Assembly (NCBI GenBank): GCA_022750295.1
Contig: JAKIVZ010000007.1
Location: forward strand, 21,808-85,807
DNA length: 64,000 bases
Reading direction: 5' to 3'
DNA from: Candidatus Lutacidiplasma silvani
GTDB lineage: Archaea > Thermoplasmatota > Thermoplasmata > Lutacidiplasmatales > UBA184
Shown here: in pieces, positions 53,669-63,163 of the stretch
Numbering within the stretch: position 1 is the stretch's first letter
Layout: each line of letters begins with the position of its first letter
The notes under the pieces: generated by a model
The model's input: only the letters and a program-made list of their open reading frames with translations
Database searches by the model: none
What the model was told of the DNA's origin: nothing
Position numbers and translations under genes: made by a program

Positions 53669-55981
53669 ATGCCCTTCGACACCACCGCACTGATGGAGTC
53701 CGCCAGTACGGCTCGTCTGGTGGAGGAACACGCGTCGTCGTTCTCATCGAGCCCCCGACGGCGGGCGACGTGGGGGATCATCGGGATCGCGGTGTCACTG
53801 GTCGTTCTAATTGGAGCCGGGTTAGGGAACCTTGTCGGTGGACCGGCCGGGGGGGCATCGGCCTCCGACCCGGTCAAGACCTCTAGCCTACTCGCGCTCC
53901 CGGTCTTGGGGGACGACCTCAGTCTCAACATCACGGTCGGGGCGGTCCATTCGCTCCTCAAGGACACGATCTCGTACGGGAGCGGCGACACAAGTCACCG
54001 CTCGTACACGGTCCGTGTCACAGCGACGATCGCGCTGCCGCTGGTCCCAATTTTGCTCTCGACGACCCCGCTGACCGAGTGGGCCTATCCGCAACAACTC
54101 CCCGGTGGGGCCGACGCCCTTCCCCCGCTATCCGACTGGAACTGGACGGTCCGCCTCGCCACCGGCCCCTCCGACACCGCCAATTGGTCGGTCTCCAAGT
54201 TCGGGTCGGACCTCGAGCGGACGATTTCCTGGGTCAACGCGGTCTACGAGGTGGTCGGGGTCTCGACTCCGACGTACTCGGTCTCGGCATGGGCGCCGAG
54301 GACCGGGGGCCTCGAGTCGCCCGTCGGTGCACTCGTCCTCAATCCGGGCGGCACATGGTCGGGCCCCGCCTTCCCCTCGTACGACCCGAACTATCCGAAG
54401 CTGATCGATTCCCTCTCCCCCCAGTTCGTCCGATTCTCGATATTGCAGGGGACGTTCAGCCACTGGGACGTCAAGACGAAGCAGCCTATCTTCAATTTCT
54501 CTGGGGTCGACCAGTCATTCGGCCTCGCCCAGTCGACGGGGGTGGGCGTGTTCTTCTCCCTCGCCGTCGGGACGTGGGGGGACGGGAACCTGCTCCCAAA
54601 GGGGATGCCACTCGATACCGCCCTCCCGATCCTTGGCGTGACTGGCCCCGGGTTCCTGCCGACGCCATTCGCCTACCAGAAGTACATCAGCACGATCGTC
54701 GCCCATGTCGCGGCCGCCAACGAGTCGGTCCTGTACTGGTGCGTTGGGAACGAGATGCCGCTGATGAACCGCACGGTGGTGCTCGCGTTCGTGCAGTTGT
54801 TCAACATCGCCCAGCGAATCATCCACGCAACGTTCCCGACCGCGAGCGTCGGGACGGACGTCATGATGAACCGGACCTACCTCACGACGTTCGCGAACCT
54901 CTCCCGCGACGTCGGGTTCCTTTCGTTCCACTTCTATCCGGACATCGGGATCTGTGTTCACAACGGGAGCTACTGCCCCCCGCAGGGGAACCCGAACGGA
55001 AGCCTCGACAAGACGCTCTGGGAGTCGTACGCCACGATGGCGGATAACCACCGATTCTATCCTCCCGCGGTTGCGCAATCGGAGTGGCACAACCTCACGG
55101 GCAGGTGGGTCCCCGTCCTCGACAGCGAGTCGAATCTTGATGGAGTGGGTGGCAGCCCGAATTCGAATGCGAACGGGACCGACCCCCGACAACAGACCCT
55201 GCTCGGCGCCGTCTGGCTCGCCTCCACCCTCATTGAGGCCGCCGCGGAGAACGTTTCCTCGCTAGCGTACTTCACCCTGACCGGGCAGAACGGTACCCCG
55301 CCGACGATCACGGGCCCGTACGGCGGGTTCGGGTACGGGATGACGAGCGAACTCCCGAACGGGGCCCACACTCTTTTCGCCCCGTACTGGGCGATGCGGC
55401 TGTTCGACAAGAACTTCCCCGTCGGATCGTCCGGTGCGGTACTCCCGGTACCCGACTCCTCGGCGCTCCGCGCGTACGCCGTCCACACCTCGAAAGGGAT
55501 GTCCGTCCTGATCGTGAATCTCAACGCGGTTCGCGTCCGAATCCTTCTGACCGACAACGTGTCGGGCATGCAGCCATCCCACCTCAAGACGCTGGACCGC
55601 CGGTCGTATCTTGAGAAGTACAGTGCTACCTCCGACTCGACAATCGTCCAGAAGTCCGGTGTTCGGAATGTGGCGCTGAGCGCGATCTTGTCGACGGTTC
55701 CGGTCACACTGTACGGCTACGGAATGGCCGTTGTCCACTACGTCTTCGTGAAGGGCGCCGGGACCCCGATGGGCGCCCCAGCCTTGTCCGCCCCGAGCCT
55801 CCCGTCGTTCCGCCCGGCCCGCGCCGCGGCCGTGGGACCGACGGTGCCGGGGGAGACGGGGGCTCCGCTTGCCGCGGACCCGGGACTTGCCCTCGCATTG
55901 GAATTCGAAGTCAGCAGGTCCGGTCTCTCGACGGTGACCGGGATCCTCGTCGCCGCGACTGCCCCGTCTCGCCGTGCGTAG
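53669..55981 (+). CDS. membrane-anchored clan GH-A-like (beta/alpha)8 glycoside-hydrolase-like protein with a novel N-terminal domain
   Basis: N-terminal TM WGIIGIAVSLVVLIGAGL. YWCVGNEMP (NE acid/base context), FLSFHFYP, PVLDSESN (nucleophile context). Paralog of 56170-58545. Confidence 0.8.
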   Translation: MPFDTTALMESASTARLVEEHASSFSSSPRRRATWGIIGIAVSLVVLIGAGLGNLVGGPAGGASASDPVKTSSLLALPVLGDDLSLNITVGAVHSLLKDTISYGSGDTSHRSYTVRVTATIALPLVPILLSTTPLTEWAYPQQLPGGADALPPLSDWNWTVRLATGPSDTANWSVSKFGSDLERTISWVNAVYEVVGVSTPTYSVSAWAPRTGGLESPVGALVLNPGGTWSGPAFPSYDPNYPKLIDSLSPQFVRFSILQGTFSHWDVKTKQPIFNFSGVDQSFGLAQSTGVGVFFSLAVGTWGDGNLLPKGMPLDTALPILGVTGPGFLPTPFAYQKYISTIVAHVAAANESVLYWCVGNEMPLMNRTVVLAFVQLFNIAQRIIHATFPTASVGTDVMMNRTYLTTFANLSRDVGFLSFHFYPDIGICVHNGSYCPPQGNPNGSLDKTLWESYATMADNHRFYPPAVAQSEWHNLTGRWVPVLDSESNLDGVGGSPNSNANGTDPRQQTLLGAVWLASTLIEAAAENVSSLAYFTLTGQNGTPPTITGPYGGFGYGMTSELPNGAHTLFAPYWAMRLFDKNFPVGSSGAVLPVPDSSALRAYAVHTSKGMSVLIVNLNAVRVRILLTDNVSGMQPSHLKTLDRRSYLEKYSATSDSTIVQKSGVRNVALSAILSTVPVTLYGYGMAVVHYVFVKGAGTPMGAPALSAPSLPSFRPARAAAVGPTVPGETGAPLAADPGLALALEFEVSRSGLSTVTGILVAATAPSRRA

Positions 55982-56169
55982 GGCCCGTCCAATCGACCCG
56001 CGGACCGATCGTCCGGCGCTACCCTCTCCGAACGATTTGTCCAGGAGCCAAGTCGAGATCACCGACCCTTCTCTTCGAGCATCATTTCGGAAGACTCGGC
56101 CGATCGGTAGCGCCGGCCGGCGATCCACCGAACCTCGTATCTCAGCGGGTCGTGGTCGCTGATTCGGTC

Positions 56170-58545
56170 CTAGCGCCGAGACGTGGGCGCCGGGCGCTTC
56201 ACGTTCGCGATTGGAGCGGGCGGTTGGGGCGGGCGGCCGACGATTTGCCCCCCCGAGGAACCTCCGCTCTTCCAAGCCGCGACAACGACGAGGCCAGCGA
56301 GGATGAGCAGACCGGCCGAGAACCCCTCTTGGAGCGCCGCCGGCCCGGGGAGCGCCCCGGACGAGGCGGGGAACCCTCCTGAGGTCGCGTGCCGGGAGTG
56401 GGTCGGGTCCGAGCCGGTCTGGGCCGTGGAGTTCTCCGGGGAAGGCGTGCTGGAATTCGAGGGCGACGTCGGTTGGGGTGGGTCGCCCGACTGGTTAGCT
56501 CCCCCCCCTCCCCCGGTCGTGTTCGACGGCGGCGCCGCCGCCTCGACGATCTCGGCGACCCCATACCCGGAGATCGTGAACCCGCTGGCAGCGGCGGTCG
56601 GGGAAAGGAGCCGCACCGAGTCGTTTCCGAGCGTCACGTCCGCGGCGCCAGCATGGTATGTCTCGGTGTAGCTTCGGTTGTCGAGCACTACCACGGTGGT
56701 CGGAATGTAGTTCGCGCCCGTGACGGCGAAGCGGACGTGGAGCGGAACGTCGACCTGGTTCACGATGACGGCCGAGAGGTTCGTCCCGTCGACCGCTGCG
56801 TACCCGGCCGACGTCGCCGGGTCGACTCCCGAAAGCGAGACCCCGGTCGACTCCGAGGGGAACGCGTCAGCCCACATCTTCAGCGCGAGGTACGGGGCGT
56901 ACGGGATGTCCCCGCCCGAACCGCCGGACCCGATCAGGCCGAATCCCCACCCTCCGTACGGCCCCGAGACGGTCCGGGGGACCCCCGCCGGGCTGGAGAG
57001 CATGAAGTACGTCAGCTCCGAGAGGTTCGCGAACGTCCCGTCGATGAGCGTCGAATCGATCCACGCCGCCCCGAAGAGCGATTGCAGACGGGGGTCGGTC
57101 CCCGACGAATAGGTCGACATGGACCCGCCGACCGCATTCAGATTCGACTCAGTGTCGAGAATGGGAACCTCGATCCCCGTCGAACTCTTCCACATCTCCT
57201 GCGCCTGCGCCGGTGGAACGAACCCCTGGTGGTTGAGCCCGGCGTACAGCGTCCACAAGCGAGGGTCCGGAGTCCCGAGCCCGGTGGAGTTCGGGGCGCA
57301 GTACGTACCGTTCACCTCGCAGATTCCCGTCGCGGGGTAGTAATGGAACGAAAGGAATCCGACGCCCCGGGCGCCGCTCGCGAACTGGGAAAAATACGTC
57401 CGGTTCGTCATCGAATCGCTTCCGACGAGCGCGGCGGGCAATACGGAGTGGATCGTCGTCTCGGCGATGTTGAACAGCTGGATGTACTCGGCGACGATGC
57501 TGGCGTTGACGAGAGGCATCTCGTTGCCGATCAACCAGTACTGGACTGGGTCCGACGTCGTCTTCACGTGCTGGACCACGACCCCGACGTAACTCGCATA
57601 GGCCGCTTCGGTCGGGAAGTACCCGACCCCCCCACCGTACGGGATCGGCATTGAGAGGTCGAGGGGCATCCCGTTCGGCAGGAGATTCCCGTCGCCCCAG
57701 GTCCCGACCGGTAGGTTGAGGGCGATCGTCGCCCCGGCGGCCGCGCTGAAGTTCGCCGTGAGGTCAAAGTTCGTGAAGTCGAATTTGGCGGTCTCCGTGG
57801 CGTTGTTCCAGGAAGTCCCACTCCCGACCGAGGTGACGCCGAATCGGGTGACCGCCGGGTGGAGGGCGGCCGTCATCCGGGCGAGTTGCGGGTCGGAGGT
57901 GTTGAGCCCGCCGCCCAGGCCGCCGTTGTTGACGTTGAACCCGAGGTGCGTCGGGGTGGTCCCGTCGGGGAGAGTGGGGTCGGCGGAGAGCGCGAGCGAG
58001 AGGGGGGTGAACCCGACCACGAGGAACGAGGCGTTCTCCCACGGCACCGAGCGAGAGATCTCGCCGTGGGATTCGTTGACAATCCAATTCGTCGAGTCAT
58101 TGGCGGCCCCGAAGTAGACGGCGTACTGCCACTCGGGGAGCGGCGGGAGCGCCTCGGCACCCCACGGGAACGCGGCGGGGAACTCCCAGTTCGCGACCGG
58201 GTATGTCCAGACTCGGAGGGAGACGTTCTCGAGAGGGAGCGTGACCGTGAGATTGAGGAAATACGCCCGGCCGTTCGAAGTCTCGCCCGCCGCCGCCTCC
58301 CGGTCGGTGATCGTGCTCTCGGGCGACCCAGTGCCGTTGAACGTCAGCGTTCCACCGTCCAAGATGTTCCAAGCCCCGGCGGTCCGGGCGGCGACGTGGA
58401 GGACGCCCCACCCTCGGATGACTTCGGGGGAGCTCGCGGAAGGAATCGCCACCGGGAGCAGGAGCGCCACCAGAGCGATCGTGGCCCAGGGGAGTGTGCG
58501 ATGCCGCGGGCGGTTACCGACACCGGTGTGGCTGCGGACGTTCAT
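56170..58545 (-). CDS. secreted clan GH-A-like glycoside-hydrolase-like protein, S/T/P stalk + C-terminal TM (paralog of 53669-55981)
   Basis: Signal LPWATIALVALLLPVAIPSASS. YWLIGNEMP, FLSFHYYP, PILDTESN. C-terminal PSNSSTPSPENST stalk and GLLILAGLVVVAAW. Confidence 0.8.
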   Translation of the reverse strand: MNVRSHTGVGNRPRHRTLPWATIALVALLLPVAIPSASSPEVIRGWGVLHVAARTAGAWNILDGGTLTFNGTGSPESTITDREAAAGETSNGRAYFLNLTVTLPLENVSLRVWTYPVANWEFPAAFPWGAEALPPLPEWQYAVYFGAANDSTNWIVNESHGEISRSVPWENASFLVVGFTPLSLALSADPTLPDGTTPTHLGFNVNNGGLGGGLNTSDPQLARMTAALHPAVTRFGVTSVGSGTSWNNATETAKFDFTNFDLTANFSAAAGATIALNLPVGTWGDGNLLPNGMPLDLSMPIPYGGGVGYFPTEAAYASYVGVVVQHVKTTSDPVQYWLIGNEMPLVNASIVAEYIQLFNIAETTIHSVLPAALVGSDSMTNRTYFSQFASGARGVGFLSFHYYPATGICEVNGTYCAPNSTGLGTPDPRLWTLYAGLNHQGFVPPAQAQEMWKSSTGIEVPILDTESNLNAVGGSMSTYSSGTDPRLQSLFGAAWIDSTLIDGTFANLSELTYFMLSSPAGVPRTVSGPYGGWGFGLIGSGGSGGDIPYAPYLALKMWADAFPSESTGVSLSGVDPATSAGYAAVDGTNLSAVIVNQVDVPLHVRFAVTGANYIPTTVVVLDNRSYTETYHAGAADVTLGNDSVRLLSPTAAASGFTISGYGVAEIVEAAAPPSNTTGGGGGANQSGDPPQPTSPSNSSTPSPENSTAQTGSDPTHSRHATSGGFPASSGALPGPAALQEGFSAGLLILAGLVVVAAWKSGGSSGGQIVGRPPQPPAPIANVKRPAPTSRR

Positions 58546-59017
58546 GGGGAGAAGTGGAAGGAAGGGAGGTCGTCACGTGTAAATGCGCATCTGGACGTAT
58601 TTATGAATTCCGACCAAATTTGGGCGGTGGCGGTCCCCAGCCTCCCCGGGGCCTTCGGGAAGCTTGGTCCAGCGGCGGGACGCCCGCGGCTCGCTCTCCT
58701 TCCCCCGCTCTGCCACCGGAGCGTCCGAACTCTGCCGGCGGCTCCCGGTGGGAGTTGGCTCGGGGATGGAAGAACTTCCGGCAGTGAGGGCCCTCGAAGT
58801 CGCACCCGATGATGGGGGGCCGAGACCCGCGTGCCGAGGTTAACTAGTCCGGAGGGCCGTCCCCCCCGAGCCGCCGGGGGAAGCCGCTCGGCTCCTCAAG
58901 TCGCGCTCCAGGAGCTTTCATGCGAAACCCATACCTGGTCGGTTCTGTCGCATTCCCCGGTTGGGCCGGCGCGCCGTCTTGCGTCCACCCCGGGTGGGTG
59001 TCGGAGGTCCGACTCAG

Positions 59018-60820
59018 GTGAGCGCTCTGGTACGTCGGCTCCCCTCGACGGAGCTCTCCCTAACTGCCCTCCTCCTCGTGGTCGAGACCTCTTTGCTCCT
59101 TCTCCTTCCGGCCGGCGCCGTCGGAGCCGGAATTGGTGTCGTCCATCCATTCGAGGTGGCGACTTCGAACAGCACTGCCGGGGTCGCGTACTTCGCACCA
59201 CCTCCAAGTCCCTCGAGCGTCCCGATCAAGCATGTGGTCATCCTGATGATGGAGAATCACGCGTTCGACAACTACTTCGGAACGTACTGCCAGAACCTGA
59301 GCGGAGTCTGCCAGTATCAAGTCAATGGGATTCCACCGGGCACGTGCGTCCCGATGAATCCGAGCAAGCCCGGGCTGGGATGCGTCGTTCCGTTCACGTT
59401 TGCGAACGGTTCATCGATGTACCGCGACCAACCGCACAGCTGGGCATCCTCCCACAAGGCCTACGACAACGGCTCGATGGACGGCTTTTACCAAGCCGAA
59501 GGATCCGGCGACCTTCCCTTCGGCCACTGGAACGGGAGTTCAATACCGGGGGACTGGGACTATGCGGAGGAGTACGGCCTCGGGGACGACTTCTTCTCGA
59601 GCACCCTCTCCTATTCCTTACCGAACCACTGGTTCCTCGTCGCCTCCGACTCCCCGTCCATCGCGGAAAACTACAGCGTCGAGACGGCCCCGGGTGGTGG
59701 CCTCACCTCCAACCAGGTGACATACTTGCACGAAGCGAACGCCACGCCCGCGATCGACTCGGAGCTTGTGAACAGTTCGATCAGCTGGAAGTTCTACGAC
59801 TGGCAGCTCCAGCAAAGCTACGATGCGGCCGTCGGCCTCCACATGTCCGACGGCACCTTCGCGTTCTGGAATCCGCTCGCTTCCCAGGCGAAGGCGTACG
59901 TGGCGCCGTATAGCTCGCACTTCGTCGGGCGGAACGACTTCTACTCCGACGCGAAGAAGGGCACCCTCCCCAACGTGTCGTACATCATCCCGTCCGCCTT
60001 GGCCTCCGACCACCCGCCGTACAACGTCACGGTCGGGATGGGGTTCATCATGCAGATCCTAAACGCGGTCGAGACCTCCCCGGAATGGAACTCCACGGCG
60101 GTGTTCGTCACTTGGGACGAGTACGGCGGCTTCTACGACCACGTTGCCCCACCCCAGATCGACGCGCTGGGGCTCGGGTTCCGCGTCCCGCTCCTCGTCA
60201 TCAGCCCGTATGCCCGCGAGGGCTACGTCGGCTCCCAGCTCGGCTACTTTGACTCCCTGCTGAAGTTCGTCCAGTGGAGGTTCGGGCTCGGGACGCTCGA
60301 TGTCCGGGACGCCGACGCGCCCCTCCCCCTCAGCTACTTTGACTTCTCCGCCTCCCCACGTTCGCCCCTGCTGCTCTCCAACGCGTCATCGATCACGTAC
60401 CCCGCGAAACCGCAATCCCTTGCGGCACCCCCGCCGGTCACCAATTTCTCGGCGACGGTCGGCACCGGTTTCGTTAATCTCAGCTGGACCCCGCCGGTCG
60501 GCGGCTCGCCCGTGACGTTTTACCGCCTGCACTATGGACCGCAGAACAATCCGACTGAGTTCACGGTTCGCGTGGACGGCGCGGCGGTGGGATATCGGGT
60601 GAAGGGCCTCGCTAGCGGCAGTTCCTTGCGGTTTATCCTCCGCTCGGTAGCCGATTCCCACTTTTCGGCGTTTGCGTCCCTCAATGCCACCCCTCTCGCC
60701 CCCGTGGGGGGATTGCGGGTGCTCGACGTCGCCGGGACGGCGAATGGCCAGCCGCTACTCGTGCCGGTCCGCTCCGAAGAGTTCCTCTCGCCAGCTCCTC
60801 GCGGCCCATTCGTTCGGTAG
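59018..60820 (+). CDS. phosphoesterase-family protein (PLC/AcpA family) fused to a C-terminal fibronectin-III-like domain
   Basis: Signal-like [80 protein letters not shown], then [23 protein letters not shown]...TFYRLHYG (FN3-like). Confidence 0.9.
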   Translation: MSALVRRLPSTELSLTALLLVVETSLLLLLPAGAVGAGIGVVHPFEVATSNSTAGVAYFAPPPSPSSVPIKHVVILMMENHAFDNYFGTYCQNLSGVCQYQVNGIPPGTCVPMNPSKPGLGCVVPFTFANGSSMYRDQPHSWASSHKAYDNGSMDGFYQAEGSGDLPFGHWNGSSIPGDWDYAEEYGLGDDFFSSTLSYSLPNHWFLVASDSPSIAENYSVETAPGGGLTSNQVTYLHEANATPAIDSELVNSSISWKFYDWQLQQSYDAAVGLHMSDGTFAFWNPLASQAKAYVAPYSSHFVGRNDFYSDAKKGTLPNVSYIIPSALASDHPPYNVTVGMGFIMQILNAVETSPEWNSTAVFVTWDEYGGFYDHVAPPQIDALGLGFRVPLLVISPYAREGYVGSQLGYFDSLLKFVQWRFGLGTLDVRDADAPLPLSYFDFSASPRSPLLLSNASSITYPAKPQSLAAPPPVTNFSATVGTGFVNLSWTPPVGGSPVTFYRLHYGPQNNPTEFTVRVDGAAVGYRVKGLASGSSLRFILRSVADSHFSAFASLNATPLAPVGGLRVLDVAGTANGQPLLVPVRSEEFLSPAPRGPFVR

Positions 60821-60926
60821 ACCGAGACCGGGGGGCCCCGGCAACCACCTTGCCGGAGCTGGAGCGTCGAAGTCGACCGGGACTGCGAGCGCAGGAGACC
60901 GCTACGGCGCGGAATTCGGTCGCGGT

Positions 60927-61721
60927 TCAGGCGACGTCGGCGACGCTCGCGACGAACGCGGAGGTGAACTCGAAGTGAACGGAGGATCCTCCGTCCTCTG
61001 CGCAGACCAGAAGGTCGTAGTTCTGGCCTCCTGCGAAGGTATCCACGTAGCCACCGCCTGTGGTGGTACCGGAACTCCACGCGATCTGGCTCTCCGTGGG
61101 AGAGCTGTTCGCCGGAAGCGAGCCCGTCGTGAAGTTTCCTCCGACGTACGAAACGAAGCCCGTCGAGTTGAGGAGGTAGATCCGAACCGCCCCGATCGAG
61201 GAGTACGAGCCCTCGAGTTCACTCTCCTCTCCGACGGAAAACCATCTGGCCTCGAACGCATGGGATGGAATCGACCAGTCGGTCCCGTTCTTGACCAACA
61301 CTTGGGCCCCACCGTCGCCTCCGCCGTCGCCTCCGCCCCCGCTGCCCGGTGGGGATCCGGCGCTGTGCGGGGCCGTCGCGGGGGGCGGTACGGGGAAGGT
61401 CCCGAAGATGAGAACTCCCGACAGCAAGAGGAGCAGGCCCACCGCGACTGCGGTCGCTAGCCACGATCCGAGGCTGCGTTTCCTCGGGGGACGCGCGGCC
61501 GGGGCAGCGGCCGAGTCCGGGTCCGGCGGGCCGCTCCCGACGGCCTCGTCCGCCTCAGCGCTCGACTCCACGGGTACCGGCTCCAGCGCGCCTGGCGGCG
61601 CGCGACCTAGGCGAGGGTCGAACGGAAGATACGGTTGTCGGCACGAGGCCACGCCAAGCCTGTTGCATCTCCCAAGGAAGCCCCCGCCGGGCACCCCGGG
61701 CCCATCGAGGCGACGTGCCAT
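60927..61721 (-). CDS. membrane-anchored hypothetical protein
   Basis: TM WLATAVAVGLLLLLSGVLIF, a Gly-rich linker, then a roughly 140-aa beta-rich-looking domain. Start uncertain (ATG 61721 chosen), and the N-terminal region is low complexity. Confidence 0.45.
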   Translation of the reverse strand: MARRLDGPGVPGGGFLGRCNRLGVASCRQPYLPFDPRLGRAPPGALEPVPVESSAEADEAVGSGPPDPDSAAAPAARPPRKRSLGSWLATAVAVGLLLLLSGVLIFGTFPVPPPATAPHSAGSPPGSGGGGDGGGDGGAQVLVKNGTDWSIPSHAFEARWFSVGEESELEGSYSSIGAVRIYLLNSTGFVSYVGGNFTTGSLPANSSPTESQIAWSSGTTTGGGYVDTFAGGQNYDLLVCAEDGGSSVHFEFTSAFVASVADVA

Positions 61722-61839
61722 CGAACGCAGTCGGGATTTCCGTCGGGCGCTCTCCGCCCCCCGGGCCAACGGAACCATTTATCAGCCCGCCCCGGGTGCC
61801 CCGGCCGCGCGAATCGCGCGGTCGCGGTGTTGCGGACAG

Positions 61840-63141
61840 ATGCATAAGCATATTCGGCGCCCACCTGTCCTTCCGCCTCCCCCGACCATCGATAGGACGG
61901 GTGCCGGCCCGACCCTCCGAGCGAGGACCCGAGACGCACGTCGCCCCAGCCGAGGCACCTGGGCGACGATTGGCGTTCTCGGAGTCGTCGCGATCTTTCT
62001 CTCGATCTCGGGCCCCACCCCCTCCTTGTCAACGTCAAACCTGGGGAGCACGGGAATCTCTGCCCCGCTGAGGACCGCCGCGTTCGGCCATTGCAACCCA
62101 GTCTCCACGAAGACTCCCTCGGCCCTCCTCCAAGGAGTCGCCGTTCCCGCGAAGAACGTCACCCCGAATGGGACCCTCTCCGCGGACATGGAAGTCGCGG
62201 CCCTCAACTGGTCCACTGTCGACGGGTCCATCTCGGTAATCTTTCCAAGCGTCTTCTTTGACTTCCCGCGGGCCTCGGGCGGCAACGAGCAGCTGTTCCT
62301 CTCGAACCGGTCGATCGCCATGAACTTCTCCGGATGGTCGACCCCGTCCTTCGGTGCAACTCGGAACTACACGTTCCCGACCGGCCTCCAATTCAAGACT
62401 AATGCGAAGGCGACCATCGACTCGATGAAACTGGCCGTCCAGGCGACGTCGGACTACGGTGGGATCACGATTGAGGTCCGGTGGCAGTGGATCTACACGC
62501 CCACCACCCCGGGGAAGGTCGTCCACGGTCCCTGGAGCGTTCCGACCAACCAGTCGAACTGGCCGAAGTCGGTTCCCTCAATCTTCTGGCCGGCCCCCTA
62601 CACGACGTTCCTCACGAGCTCCGGCACCGCGGCCGTCATCGGTACGAATTACACCGCCACGCTCGGCGGCGACGTGGCGAGTCGAACGTTCTTCCTCGAG
62701 ATGGAGACCCCCGCCGGGAGCGTGGTCCAGGACTTCAGCCAGACCGCTCCGGCGAACGCGACGACGTTCCTGGTCCGAATTCCGATGATCAACTACAATG
62801 GGAATCTCTCCGCGGGCGCCTACCTGATTCACATCCACGACGCGTGTGGCGCGATGATGTACAACAAGACGATCGACGCGTACTACGCTCCGTCCGCCTC
62901 GATCCGGTTCCTGCTGATCCCCTCAGCGTGCGCCGCCAGGTCGATCACCTTCAACGGCACGGCGTTCACGAACAACACGGTCGGCACGTTCGTGCCCGGA
63001 CCGACGCCATACTCGTTCGCGATCCCGGTGTGTTCGGGGCACTCGTTCCACAACTGGGTCACCACCGGAGCGCTCCACATCGAGTCGGGCTCGCAGATGC
63101 TCGTCAGCTACAACGGCACTTTTACCGTCGAGTACAACTGA
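61840..63141 (+). CDS. membrane/secreted glycoprotein, 'family A' paralog of 44601-45773
   Basis: Start at MHKHIRR. TM WATIGVLGVVAIFLSI. It shares RWQW, FFLEMETPAGSV, AGAYLIHIHD, CSGHSFHNW and the C-terminal NGTFTVEYN with the other copy. Confidence 0.75.
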   Translation: MHKHIRRPPVLPPPPTIDRTGAGPTLRARTRDARRPSRGTWATIGVLGVVAIFLSISGPTPSLSTSNLGSTGISAPLRTAAFGHCNPVSTKTPSALLQGVAVPAKNVTPNGTLSADMEVAALNWSTVDGSISVIFPSVFFDFPRASGGNEQLFLSNRSIAMNFSGWSTPSFGATRNYTFPTGLQFKTNAKATIDSMKLAVQATSDYGGITIEVRWQWIYTPTTPGKVVHGPWSVPTNQSNWPKSVPSIFWPAPYTTFLTSSGTAAVIGTNYTATLGGDVASRTFFLEMETPAGSVVQDFSQTAPANATTFLVRIPMINYNGNLSAGAYLIHIHDACGAMMYNKTIDAYYAPSASIRFLLIPSACAARSITFNGTAFTNNTVGTFVPGPTPYSFAIPVCSGHSFHNWVTTGALHIESGSQMLVSYNGTFTVEYN

Positions 63142-63163
63142 ACGGCCGCGGGGTCCCGGGGCG

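Noticed and set aside
58640-58720. tRNA-like fragment (TGGTCCAGCGGCGGGACGCCCGCGG)
   Set aside because: It only vaguely resembles a D-arm. No GTTC(G/A)AATC T-loop, acceptor pairing or anticodon stem could be built. No tRNA was found elsewhere in the window by eye either.
61291-61839. N-terminal 183 codons of the 616-aa ORF containing family A copy 2
   Set aside because: It is a Pro/Arg/Gly/Ser-rich stretch overlapping the minus-strand gene 60927-61721. Similarity to the paralog and a TM helix begin after the ATG at 61840.
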